Positions 9,582 through 19,231 of a stretch of DNA of 64,000 nucleotides are shown here, piece after piece. Each line of letters starts with the position of its first letter. The stretch's first letter is position 1. A model generated the notes under the pieces. It worked only from the letters and a program-made list of their open reading frames with translations. It did no database searches and had not been told where the DNA came from. This stretch comes from an uncultured cyanobacterium (lineage in GTDB: Bacteria > Cyanobacteriota > Cyanobacteriia > Cyanobacteriales > CAWUOF01). Position numbers and translations under genes: made by a program. The stretch spans positions 320,001 through 384,000 of the forward strand of contig CAVUSO010000001.1 in assembly GCA_963744145.1 (NCBI GenBank). Direction: 5' to 3'.

Positions 9582-9707
9582 TTAGCTTCTGTGTCAGGTA
9601 TTGAGTTAGGGAAAAGCTGATTTTTTCGTAGAAATTAGTACCAAATTTAAGCTTGACAAATGACATGAAATTTTTATAACTCACAGGTTACAAGTCTTTG
9701 CGGAAGA
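9582..9707 (-). repeat. Conserved GUN4 3' element, copy 2
   Basis: CGCAAAGACTTGTAACCTGTGAGTTATAAAAATTTCA...TGTCAAGCTTAAATTTGGTACTAATTTCTACG...AACTCAATACCTGACAC. Confidence 0.85.
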
Positions 9708-11877
9708 TAAGAAACCAACCAGTCAGCTTATTCCGCAAATACGGACTACAATTCCCAAAAAGACCGGAAACGCCTGCCGGGAGGTGGCCAAGTGGAGCGG
9801 TAGTGTTCAAGGTTAGGTCATTATCGTTCAACCAATTGCCTCCTTTTCTCCATCCTACTTTATCAGCAAATTTATGTATTATTTCATAACCTGCATCAGG
9901 ATGTCCACCAACATCTTTACTTTCCCAGATTTGTTTTTGAACGCTAAACCCAAAATGACCATCAGAGTATTTAATCCATAACTGATCTATTGTGCGAAGG
10001 TCTTTATAGGGAAACTTTAACCAATCGTCATCATTGAGATATTGTCCATTTTCACAATTAGCAGCTTTGAGTACAACCCTATAAGTTTCTTCATCAGCTT
10101 CTTTCCATTTACCAACAGCTAATAAGTCACGGAGAAGACTGTAATCTATTTCTATTTCACTCTCAAGAATAAGCTCTAGTTGCATTTTACAGTTTGCAAG
10201 TCTTTGTGCGAGAAAAGATGGTTTCAACCCTCCAAATCCCTCACGCCCCACATCTCCTGTGCCCCCAATCCACTGTTCCGGTAATATAATACCTACACAA
10301 GGGAAGTGGCCTATAGGTGCATCGGTATTAAATGTAAGATTGTTATAATCTAACCACTTTCCTCCTTTTCTCCATCCTACTGTATCACCAAATTTACGTT
10401 CTATCTCTATTTCTTCTTCTATTCCTGCGTTTGGATTTCCACCAACAGTTTTACTTTCCCAGATTTGTTTTTGGACACTATATCCAAAACGACCATCAGA
10501 ATATTTTACCCATAGCTGATCTATGGTACGAAGGTCTTTACAGGGAAACTTTAACCAATCATCACCATTGAGATATCCGTCTTTTTCACGATTAGCAGAT
10601 TCAAGTAAAAGATGGTAAGTTTTTTCATCAGCATCTTTCCAGTAACCAGCAGCTAATAAGTTTCTAAGAGGAATGTAATCTATATCTCTTTCACTGTCTA
10701 GAATAAGTTCTGCTGCTGTTATATTTTGTTGTGGTGACGATGATATTACTTCAATTTGGTTTTGTGGATGTGATGTTAATTCTATTACTGGCTTCATGTC
10801 TTGATTTATTGTTTCATTTAATTCAGTAATAATCCTTTGCTGAATTTTTTCTACATCTGCATCACGTAAACATAAATGAACACTAGCCCATTCCTCTAAT
10901 TCTTTAATAACTTTATCATCTAAAGGATAATTTTTAGAAATTTTTTGTCTATATTCTTCTTCATAACGTTTTAAGCTTTCGTGATATAATTGATGATGCT
11001 TTATAACACTACTTATTATTTCTTCAGCTTGCTCATCAGAAAGCTGTAAGTTCTCTTGTTTTGTTTTTAAAATATCACGATTAAGCTTAGATATTTCTCC
11101 ATCTTTAATTCGCATTTCAACTTCCTGACAAAATCTTTTCTCAGGGGTAGGAGCCATACTTATCAAAATATTATATCCTTCATTATCTAGAATAATTTTA
11201 GGCTCCATTTTGGGCTTGACTTCCTTGACTTTTGCTTTGGCATATTTATGTAATTCTTGGATATGAATTTTACCATCACCATCTGTATCAGCAGCACCAG
11301 TTTCAATACCTTCTACTAGATGCTTTGTATAAACCGATAATTCAGAGCCTTCATGTTGAAATGAAGTCTGATTTTTTGAGGAAGAAGCTAGTATTACTCT
11401 TCCCTCTGCACCTAATTCTTTATCTAATAAATCAATATCTATACCTTTAGGTTGCCAACCAATCGCAAAAGCACCGCTATAACAACAGTCTAAAATAATT
11501 ATTTGACGCTTTGCATAGTTACCATGCTTTGACATTTTTTGGATGAAACTAGCTGAAGCAGCAGTGGCTAGGAAATTATTTTTTGTGGTAATCCGAGTTG
11601 CTAGATAAAGTTGACCATCATCGTCTTTAATACCATGTCCAGAAAAAAATAGTAGAATTAAATCATCTTTATTACTACTTTGAAATAGTTTTTGAATTTC
11701 TTCAGTCATCTGAAGGTATTCGGGATTAATTAAAAAATTAACACTATCAAACCCTCCCATTTCAGGATTTTCTAATACCCGTTTCATTGCCTTTACATCA
11801 TTAGGTGGTGCAGATAAAGGATTAATGTCTTCTCCATATTCGCTAACACCTATTAGTAATGCTATTTTTTTAGGCAT
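9688..11877 (-). CDS. Caspase-family (peptidase C14) protein with two tandem C-terminal GUN4-like domains
   Basis: KIALLIGVSEY, FSGHG and DCCYSG (His/Cys dyad intact); two GUN4 repeats. Confidence 0.9.
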   Translation of the reverse strand: MPKKIALLIGVSEYGEDINPLSAPPNDVKAMKRVLENPEMGGFDSVNFLINPEYLQMTEEIQKLFQSSNKDDLILLFFSGHGIKDDDGQLYLATRITTKNNFLATAASASFIQKMSKHGNYAKRQIIILDCCYSGAFAIGWQPKGIDIDLLDKELGAEGRVILASSSKNQTSFQHEGSELSVYTKHLVEGIETGAADTDGDGKIHIQELHKYAKAKVKEVKPKMEPKIILDNEGYNILISMAPTPEKRFCQEVEMRIKDGEISKLNRDILKTKQENLQLSDEQAEEIISSVIKHHQLYHESLKRYEEEYRQKISKNYPLDDKVIKELEEWASVHLCLRDADVEKIQQRIITELNETINQDMKPVIELTSHPQNQIEVISSSPQQNITAAELILDSERDIDYIPLRNLLAAGYWKDADEKTYHLLLESANREKDGYLNGDDWLKFPCKDLRTIDQLWVKYSDGRFGYSVQKQIWESKTVGGNPNAGIEEEIEIERKFGDTVGWRKGGKWLDYNNLTFNTDAPIGHFPCVGIILPEQWIGGTGDVGREGFGGLKPSFLAQRLANCKMQLELILESEIEIDYSLLRDLLAVGKWKEADEETYRVVLKAANCENGQYLNDDDWLKFPYKDLRTIDQLWIKYSDGHFGFSVQKQIWESKDVGGHPDAGYEIIHKFADKVGWRKGGNWLNDNDLTLNTTAPLGHLPAGVSGLFGNCSPYLRNKLTGWFLIFRKDL

Positions 11878-11890
11878 TTCACTAAGTATT

Positions 11891-12268
11891 TTATGTATTA
11901 GACAATAAATCTTGAACAGTTTCTTTTGTTATAGGTAAATTTTGGCTTGTTGTTTTTATTTTAATTTTTTTATCTCCATCTTTTGTAATTTCAAGTTCTA
12001 TTTCAATAGGTTTATCTTGTAGACGCTCTTTAAACCATGCAAAAACAAATTGAATATTAAATAATTTCACTACAGTTGTAATAGACCCAAGTAATGTCTG
12101 AATGCTTTTTTTATTTAGGTCTATATTTGGGTCTTCAGTAAAATCAGCTTTTTCAACTGCATCAATTTCACGTAATTCTTGCAACAATTTTTCAGTCAAT
12201 TCTAATAATTCGTCATCTTCTAATGTTGGATCTGCTAAACCAAAAGTTATTTCAACTAGCTCTGTCAT
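11891..12268 (-). CDS. Small caspase-associated protein (EACC1-like by size, pattern and position)
   Basis: 125 aa, 13 bp upstream of the caspase gene on the same strand; 'ELLELTEKLLQELREID' helix and beta-rich C-terminus. Confidence 0.55.
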   Translation of the reverse strand: MTELVEITFGLADPTLEDDELLELTEKLLQELREIDAVEKADFTEDPNIDLNKKSIQTLLGSITTVVKLFNIQFVFAWFKERLQDKPIEIELEITKDGDKKIKIKTTSQNLPITKETVQDLLSNT

Positions 12269-12282
12269 TTTGGCTCCTTATG

Positions 12283-12456
12283 TTAATTTTTGTTTCTTTT
12301 TATAGTACGATGAGACAAATCCCGAATTAATTCCCGGATAATAGAGTGTTTAATCTCCTGGCGTTCTAAGCAATAAGCCTCCAGCGCCAAATACTTACTC
12401 TCTGGCAATTCAATATTCAACCGCTTAATCGGCTCAGTTAGCACTTTTCTGGGCAT
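12283..12456 (-). CDS. Small ribbon-helix-helix (CopG-like) protein, 57 aa, not in the ORF track
   Basis: Manual translation MPRKVLTEPIKRLNIELPESKYLALEAYCLERQEIKHSIIRELIRDLSHRTIKRNKN; RLNIELP strand followed by two helices; paralogous remnant at 21410-21505. Confidence 0.65.
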   Translation of the reverse strand: MPRKVLTEPIKRLNIELPESKYLALEAYCLERQEIKHSIIRELIRDLSHRTIKRNKN

Positions 12457-12612
12457 TGTGGTTATTTCACAAAACTCGTGTATTTATTCTAGTGTATAAT
12501 CCGGCAAACGTCCAATAGCAAGTAATCGATATCTGGGCAAGTTTCTGAATGCCCAACCCCAACCAAGAAATATCCTTTTTATTCAAAAAGGTTTGCTAAT
12601 CTAAAAGCTAAT

Positions 12613-13515
12613 TCAAAGGCTAAATATTCTCTCATCAGTTAATACCTGCATAGATTGTCTTTTCTCCAAATTTTTCCAATGTTTCATAGCTTCTTTATAA
12701 CGCTCTTTTAATGCGCTTGCATCAGGTTTATTACAGTTATGCTTATTTAATTTTAAGAATGTATTATCATATTGCTGATAATGGCTTTTTTCTAAGCTAG
12801 GATGGATATGAATTTTTTTATTTTCATCAATTGCTATAAGATGAGCATCAAAAAGCTTATGAATATCAACACAAAGAAGCAATCCATTAGAAGGATCATT
12901 GTTTTGGTTTTTTTCGTAAGGCTCTATATGAGCAGCTTCTAAAAGTATTTGAATATCAGAATCAGTAATTAGACAACGATAATTATACAAATTTAACAAT
13001 TGTAGGCGGAATTTATACTGTCCTAGTCTATTAGCTAGTCTATTAGATTTAGATTGTATAAAATTTATAACATAAGGATCTGAAATAATAGCTCGATTAA
13101 GTTTCGCAAATTGAAGCTTTGCGTATTGAAAATTAGTTGATGGAAAAATAGAAAGCTGGCCATAATTTAGCTTCTCGTGATGTTTATTCAAGTAAGTTGT
13201 ATCCAACATCTTTAAGTCTATATATCCTAACTCTGCATAATCAAAAACTGCATCGTACAAATTCATTCCTTCAAAATTTGCATATTGAAGGTTTGCTCCT
13301 TCAAAGTTTGTTCCATCCAATTCAGATCCTCGAAAGTCAGCATTTTGAAGTTCTGCCCCTCGAAAGCTAGCATATTCAAGATTAGCACCCCGGAAATCTA
13401 CACCATTAAGAATCAAATGATCCAAAATTAGGTGATTTAAATCTACCGCTCGAAAATCTCGTTGCCCGTTTTCGTACTGAGCCTTAATTTTATCAATATC
13501 CATATTATGTATCAT
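12613..13515 (-). CDS. Pentapeptide-repeat protein fused to an HNH endonuclease
   Basis: A(D/N)FRG/ANFEG repeats; GQYKFR..LL..Y..RCLIT...LEAAHI..NGLLL..DIHKLFD. Confidence 0.85.
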   Translation of the reverse strand: MIHNMDIDKIKAQYENGQRDFRAVDLNHLILDHLILNGVDFRGANLEYASFRGAELQNADFRGSELDGTNFEGANLQYANFEGMNLYDAVFDYAELGYIDLKMLDTTYLNKHHEKLNYGQLSIFPSTNFQYAKLQFAKLNRAIISDPYVINFIQSKSNRLANRLGQYKFRLQLLNLYNYRCLITDSDIQILLEAAHIEPYEKNQNNDPSNGLLLCVDIHKLFDAHLIAIDENKKIHIHPSLEKSHYQQYDNTFLKLNKHNCNKPDASALKERYKEAMKHWKNLEKRQSMQVLTDERIFSL

Positions 13516-13617
13516 CCATTTTTTGTTTTTTGACCCGATGAAACTATGCTAACATATATAGAGGCGTTATGGCAAGATATGTGTAAGCCAGATTAGTGAA
13601 TCAAAAATCTTAACCAT

Positions 13618-14685
13618 CAGAAGTTACGCAGTTGAACTGGGGATGTGGTAAAAAAAGATCATGAATCCACCTAAATCCACGCCCCTCGAATACATTAACT
13701 TCCTGATTGCGGCAAAAGGCATACAGTTGTAGCGAAGCCGAGCGTGTTCAACCAATCGCAGAAAACCGAGCAGCCCACGATGCGACTTGTGTTGAGCGTA
13801 GTCGAAACATTAACCGTTTGCTGCATCGAAGGTCACCAGACCCCAATGAATTCTGGCAGGAAGCCAAAGACTATGTTGAGTTAAACCAAGGGGTTCTGGT
13901 CATTGATGATACAATGCTTGACAAGTGGTATGCCAAAAAGATGGAGTTGGTCAGTCGGCAATGGTCAGGGAAGCATAAACGTGTTGTCCAAGGCATCAAT
14001 CTGACTACCCTATTATGGTCAGATGGGGATAAACATATCCCATTAGACTATCGACTTTATGAGAAAGAAGTGGACGGGGCTACCAAAATGACCACTTTCG
14101 AGCCATGTTGCTTAATGCCCATGCCAGAGGCTTTCATGCCCAGTGTGTAGCAATTGAATAGTTGGTTTAGTTCTTTGGCCAATTTGAAATTAATTGCTAG
14201 TTATAGCTGGACTTGGTTGACTCGACTGAAATCTAATCGATTGGTAAATGCGGATCATACCGAAAACCGACCAATTAGGGAGGTAGCGTTAGCCCAAACG
14301 GGCACAGTAGTTCATCTGAAAGGTTATGGGTTCATTAAAGTATTCAAGATTGTTGCCCCAGACGGTGACATTGACTACTGGGCGACCAATGACTTACAGA
14401 TGAGCAGCTTAAAACGTTTACAGTGGGCGGAATTTGAATGGTCAATTGAGGAATATCATCGAGGTCTAAAGCAATGCTGTGGCGTGGAAAGATCCCAAGT
14501 TCGGTCGGCTCGCGCAAGGGCGTAATCACATTGGTTTGGCAATTCGGGCCTTTCTCCGTTTGGAGATGCACTGGTTTAACACTGGCATCAGTTGGTATGA
14601 GTCCAAAATTAGTATTGTGCGTGAAGCAGTCCGCTCTTACTTAGAGGCCCATTGGCTGTCTCTCCCGTCAACTGCGTAAGTCCTG
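13618..14685 (+). mobile_element. IS701-family insertion sequence (1068 bp)
   Basis: 18-bp terminal inverted repeats CAGAAGTTACGCAGTTGA / TCAACTGCGTAAGTCCTG; 5-bp target duplication ACCAT (13613-13617, 14686-14690); DDE transposase remnants. Confidence 0.9.
13661..14679 (+). pseudogene. IS701-family transposase, multiply frameshifted
   Basis: MNPPKS..YINFLIA start at 13661; motifs VIDDT, WSGKH, IEEYHRGLKQ and RNHIGLAIRAF are spread over several reading frames. Confidence 0.88.
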
Positions 14686-14955
14686 ACCATGACGAGGATG
14701 AAGTGTCAGAGTGTGGCTGGAAAAAACTAGCCTGTAGTCTTTACTACAGAAACTGCTTGTGCGCTCAAGCTAATGCAATATAGAACAACTACGGTAGGAT
14801 CGCTTTGTTGACAGGTTGTTGGAGTATGATCACACTAAAGAGCATATTAAGTCTTAATTATTAAAGTATTTTTAGCTGTGACATTTCAGATGGTGTAAAA
14901 CATCCACTCTAGATTTACTCAGGACTAAATTTTCAAGCAATTTGGCAACCTTTAA

Positions 14956-16635
14956 TCATTGTATTCGTCCCTGTAAAATAGCATTTTTAATTTCCAAGAG
15001 AGGTCCTAAAACATCTGGTGCAAGAGCCAATTGAAGTACCATCTCATAATCTTGTTGTGCCAAAGGATGTGTGTGCGAACCTAGATTGCGAATTCTAGAA
15101 ATATCAGTCCAGGCATCTATTACTCTGCTAGATAAGGAACTACCAATTGCCTGTTGAATCATTAAATCTAATCTTTCATTTGGTGAATTAGTCATAGTTA
15201 TAACTAGGTGTAAAGCATCTCCAAGAGTAATAAACCGATGACGACCACTTGCACGATTAACCCAATCTAACTGATTGATATCAACAGTTATTACTCTATT
15301 TCCTCTATGTCCTGTTTCTACAATTCCTCGTTTTTGTGGAAGCGTAGGATCATGCAGGGTAAAATATGTCGGCATAGTGATGTCACGCGCCGCTCTTGCA
15401 GCTTGAATCATCGATAAGTTTACTTCTAGTTCAAAAGCTTTCCATACACCTTGAGCGCCAGGTGTAAAATCAATATCCATCATTGGTTGTAGTCTTTGTG
15501 CAGCGGGATTTTGATTAACTATTGGTTGTGGTCTTTGTGCCGCAGGATTCCGATTAATTGGTTGTGGTCGTTGTGTAGCAGGATTTTGATCAATTGATTG
15601 TGGTCGTTGTGCAGCGGGATTTTGTGCAACAGGATTCCGATCAATTGGTTGTGGTCTTTGGATATTACGATTCTGTCCATATCCTCCCTGGGGTCTTCGT
15701 CTACCAAGAGGACCAATACCTTCAAGTGCGTTTTCTGCTAGACTTTCAAGAAAAGAGCCAACAGCAAGAGATGTTTCAATCATTACTGCTGATTCATCAT
15801 TAAGAAGCGGTGGAAGTTCGACTGTATTTTGCAAATTCTGAAGAACTCTTGCCGCAACAAATGCTGGAGCTATGAGCCTTCCCGTTGCATCTTCAATTAC
15901 AGCATCTTCCGATCCTATCCCTGTCAAATCAAGGTCTTCAAATTGCTGAGAACGATTGTTTCGCCTCAATGAGTTGAGACTATTTTCAACCATATCCAAT
16001 TGTCTACCAAGTTCATAGCGATAATCGTTAGCTTCTAGACCTCGTTCCGTGTCAAAAGTATTTAAAATGTTATAAAAAGCCCTTAATCCTTGACGATTTG
16101 ACTCATTTTGTAGACGATAATCTACTTGATCGCTACATATTGCTTCAAGGGTAGTAAATATATGCCCAATATTTGGAATTCCATATTGATCAGGAAGTCT
16201 TGCAAGTTCATTTAATTGCACATCGAGATGTTCTGATGAGGTTGGGGAAATCACGTATTCTAATTGCCAAAGATTTGTTGATGCAACAATGGCAGGAAGA
16301 GAATGCCAAGGAATGCCAAACAAACGTGCTATTTCCCGTATTAATGGTCCCTCGTTAGTTGTAAATGATAAAGTACCAGCAGTTGCCTGATAATTTCTCC
16401 ACCATCGTGAATTACTACGATCTTGCAGCCATTCATCTGGGGGATCTAACACGGCAAAAAAAGCAAGGTTTTCACCTGTACTTTCATGCAAATTCGCAAA
16501 TTCAGCTTTCAAATATTCAGTAAAAATTACATCACTTGGCTTGAAAAGAATTGCGACCTGTATTGGAAACCTTGCAAAATACTTTTGTGAAGGCGATCCC
16601 GCATTAAAGATATTTGTTTTTATTGGAAATACCAT
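14956..16635 (-). CDS. Hypothetical protein (559 aa) with internal 12-aa tandem repeats and a possible C-terminal HEPN-like motif (RNLGSH)
   Basis: Long ORF; RPQPINRNPAAQ-type repeats; Rx4H near the C-terminus. Confidence 0.75.
   Translation of the reverse strand: MVFPIKTNIFNAGSPSQKYFARFPIQVAILFKPSDVIFTEYLKAEFANLHESTGENLAFFAVLDPPDEWLQDRSNSRWWRNYQATAGTLSFTTNEGPLIREIARLFGIPWHSLPAIVASTNLWQLEYVISPTSSEHLDVQLNELARLPDQYGIPNIGHIFTTLEAICSDQVDYRLQNESNRQGLRAFYNILNTFDTERGLEANDYRYELGRQLDMVENSLNSLRRNNRSQQFEDLDLTGIGSEDAVIEDATGRLIAPAFVAARVLQNLQNTVELPPLLNDESAVMIETSLAVGSFLESLAENALEGIGPLGRRRPQGGYGQNRNIQRPQPIDRNPVAQNPAAQRPQSIDQNPATQRPQPINRNPAAQRPQPIVNQNPAAQRLQPMMDIDFTPGAQGVWKAFELEVNLSMIQAARAARDITMPTYFTLHDPTLPQKRGIVETGHRGNRVITVDINQLDWVNRASGRHRFITLGDALHLVITMTNSPNERLDLMIQQAIGSSLSSRVIDAWTDISRIRNLGSHTHPLAQQDYEMVLQLALAPDVLGPLLEIKNAILQGRIQ
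15483..15660 (-). repeat. Intragenic tandem repeat of about 36 bp (about 4.5 units)
   Basis: Recurrent ATTGGTTGTGGTC(G/T)TTGTGC..CAGGATT units. Confidence 0.85.
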
Positions 16636-16889
16636 AGGAGCTAACGAAAAATAGAATCTAATGTTGTATTTTTTGAATCGCAGATTTTGGATGGAAAAGT
16701 TGTCTAGCTTTTTGATAAAGGCATAAACTTACTTGCAACCAAAATAACCTTACTTATACCATCAAAGCACCGAACCCAATATTTGTCAACAGAATACCAG
16801 CACTACTCACTGCTTAAAGTTTATTAAGCCTTGTGCATCAATTATTTACTACTTGATCATCTACTCAAATAGAACATTTACAAGTTGTC

Positions 16890-17248
16890 GCGGAGAAGAG
16901 CTTACCGTTGGCTTAGGGGTCGGGATGAATCAGGCTGCCGATGGTTAGGGGCTGTTGATAGCTTGGCGATCGCGAAATGGCTAAAAAATACGGTTGGAAA
17001 CTGGTCGATATAGAGGAAACAAATAACGATATCCTACCTGTAGATTGTATATTTGACGGCCAAACCGAATTCCCAAAGTCCTATTATGATCACGATGAGG
17101 AGTAACAATAATGCGTAAGTGGATTGTTTTCCGTGCTGATGGACGACAACCTGGCGGGCTAACCCGCAAATATGCCCACACGGGGTCACTCACAAAAACT
17201 TTAGCCCAGAGGATCTCCTGGGTGCAGAAGGTATTCTCAAGCAATTAA
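16890..17248 (+). pseudogene. Remnants of two small hypothetical genes (..MAKKYGWKLVDIEE..ILPVDCIF.. and a short MRKWIVFRA..KYAHTGSLTK)
   Basis: Higher-GC stretch containing two short consecutive + strand frames; they look truncated, and the family is recalled only loosely. Confidence 0.4.
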
Positions 17249-17315
17249 CAAAAGCATTTAAAGTAACTAGGTATTAGTTATTGTCGCAAAATGTAAGCGA
17301 ATTATTGCCTATAAG

Positions 17316-17419
17316 CATTAGAGAAAATTTGATATTTTTGTAGTAATTAGTACCAAATTTTAGCTTGGCAAATGGCATGAAGTTGTTAGAGCTTAAAGGT
17401 TACAAGTCTTGGCGCGAGA
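17316..17419 (-). repeat. Conserved GUN4 3' element, copy 3
   Basis: TCTCGCGCCAAGACTTGTAACCTTTAAGCTCTAACAACTTCA...GCCAAGCTAAAATTTGGTACTAATTACTACAAAAATATC. Confidence 0.85.
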
Positions 17420-18818
17420 AAAGATCCGCGCAAAACCCCCAGAACCCTCCACCATCTACTATTACCACTACACCAAGGGCCCGCGCGGGAAGGTGGCCAG
17501 AAAGAGCAGTGATGTTAAATGTTAGATTACTATAGTCTAACCAGTTTCCTCCTTTTCTCCATCCTAATTTATCAGCAAATTTGTAATACGTATTCCAATC
17601 TGCATTAGGATGTCCACTAACACCCTGACTTTCCCAGATTTGTTTTTGAACGCTAAACCCAAAACGACCATTAGAATATTTTACCCATAACTTATCTATG
17701 GTGCGAAGGTCTTTACATGGAAACTTTAACCAATCATCACCAGTGAGATATTCCTCTTGTTCACGATTAGCAGCTTTAAGTACAAGATGATAAGTTTTCT
17801 TGTCAGCTTCTTTCCATTTTCTAGTAGCTAATAAGTCACGGAGAGGAGTGTAATCTATTCCTTTTTCACTTTCAAGATTATCTTGATTTTGTGGAGCTAT
17901 TGGTTGTGAAGAAAACTCGGTTTTAGGTATTGATTTAGAACTAAGTGCTTGCAATATTTCACTAGCAGATTGATAGCGATCACCCAAAGGAACCGATATC
18001 ATTTTATCTAAAAAAACACCCAAATCATTGCTAACACTAGCATATTGTCGCCACACCCATTTCATCTTATAAAAATCAAACAACTTATCTATATTGTTGC
18101 CATTTTGTTCTTCTAATAAACAACCTGTTAAAAGTCTAATACAAGTAACACCTAAACTATATAAATCACTAGCGGGAAAAGTTTGACCCTGTAATTGTTC
18201 TGGAGCTGTATAACCAGGAGTACCAACTGATGTACCCACTCTTGTCATTACAGTACCGCTTAATTGCTTGGATACACCAAAATCAATTAACATTAAACGA
18301 TTATTAGCATCTCTAATAATATTCTCAGGTTTAATATCTCTGTGAATTACATTATTTTTATGAATAAATTCTAAAACAGGTAGAAGTTGATTTAATAAAT
18401 TTTTAATTTTTTCCTCATTAAATTTGCTGTTTTGTTGTAGTTCCTTTAATAAATCTTGTCCGTCAATAAATTCTTGTACTAAATATAGCCGTCTATCTTG
18501 TTCAAAGAATGCTAATAAGTCAGGTATTTGGGGATGTTTACCTAAGTCCCTTAATCTGACAGCTTCTTGTTTAAATAATTCTGTAGCTTTCTGTAATGCT
18601 CCACTACCTTGCAACTGAGGTAGAAATTGTTTAATCACACAGAATGTGCCCAGTCGTTGCTCGTCTATTGATTTGAATGTTCTCCCAAAACCACCCTCAC
18701 CGAGAAATTGTACTGCTCGATAGCGATCGCCCAGTAACAACCTATTACCGCAGCGCACACAAAACTTTGTCCCAGATGGGTTGATATTCTCACACTCAGG
18801 GTTTAGACATAAGCTCAT
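17400..18818 (-). CDS. Ser/Thr protein kinase-GUN4, paralog of 7878..9377
   Basis: Near-identical N-terminus and kinase domain; different linker and C-terminal tip. Confidence 0.93.
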   Translation of the reverse strand: MSLCLNPECENINPSGTKFCVRCGNRLLLGDRYRAVQFLGEGGFGRTFKSIDEQRLGTFCVIKQFLPQLQGSGALQKATELFKQEAVRLRDLGKHPQIPDLLAFFEQDRRLYLVQEFIDGQDLLKELQQNSKFNEEKIKNLLNQLLPVLEFIHKNNVIHRDIKPENIIRDANNRLMLIDFGVSKQLSGTVMTRVGTSVGTPGYTAPEQLQGQTFPASDLYSLGVTCIRLLTGCLLEEQNGNNIDKLFDFYKMKWVWRQYASVSNDLGVFLDKMISVPLGDRYQSASEILQALSSKSIPKTEFSSQPIAPQNQDNLESEKGIDYTPLRDLLATRKWKEADKKTYHLVLKAANREQEEYLTGDDWLKFPCKDLRTIDKLWVKYSNGRFGFSVQKQIWESQGVSGHPNADWNTYYKFADKLGWRKGGNWLDYSNLTFNITALSGHLPARALGVVVIVDGGGFWGFCADLFSRQDL

Positions 18819-18994
18819 AACTTGTCAATAATCCACAGGTTTCGTGTATAAATAATAGCGGACAGTTAGCGCAAATGTCCAGTGAGGTGTCTTGTTACGG
18901 TGTGTTAAGCATTTTGTAGGCGATCGCTTTAAAATAGACATTACATATCATAAATTTTTCCAAAAATAGGTTATTCCCTCAATTATTCCTAAAC

Positions 18995-19231
18995 ATGATG
19001 ACAACCAAAGAGCAATTACTTGAAGAACTTGAAACCCTTCCCGAAGAACTCATTAGTGAAGCATTGGACTACATCTGCTTCATCAAAAATCGTTATAGTC
19101 TAAAACTGGAAGCCATTCGGGCGATCGCAAAACTCGACTCAGACTGGTGGGAAAACCTCAATAACTTCACCCCTGATTTTCTGGACGAGCGATCACAGCC
19201 TAACCTGCCCAACAGAGAGGACATATTTTGA
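18995..19231 (+). CDS. Antitoxin (DUF2281-like N-terminus, VapB-like C-terminus)
   Basis: ELETLPEELISEALDYI..; ..PDFLDERSQP..REDIF; overlaps the downstream PIN gene. Confidence 0.7.
   Translation: MMTTKEQLLEELETLPEELISEALDYICFIKNRYSLKLEAIRAIAKLDSDWWENLNNFTPDFLDERSQPNLPNREDIF

Noticed and set aside
12490..12560. ISL3 transposase C-terminal remnant (AFRNLPRYRLL frame) upstream of the RHH gene
   Set aside because: The similarity is too short and no IS ends are visible
15483..15660. CRISPR-like array (period about 36 bp)
   Set aside because: Units are contiguous with no unique spacers and lie in frame within a CDS; no cas genes are present
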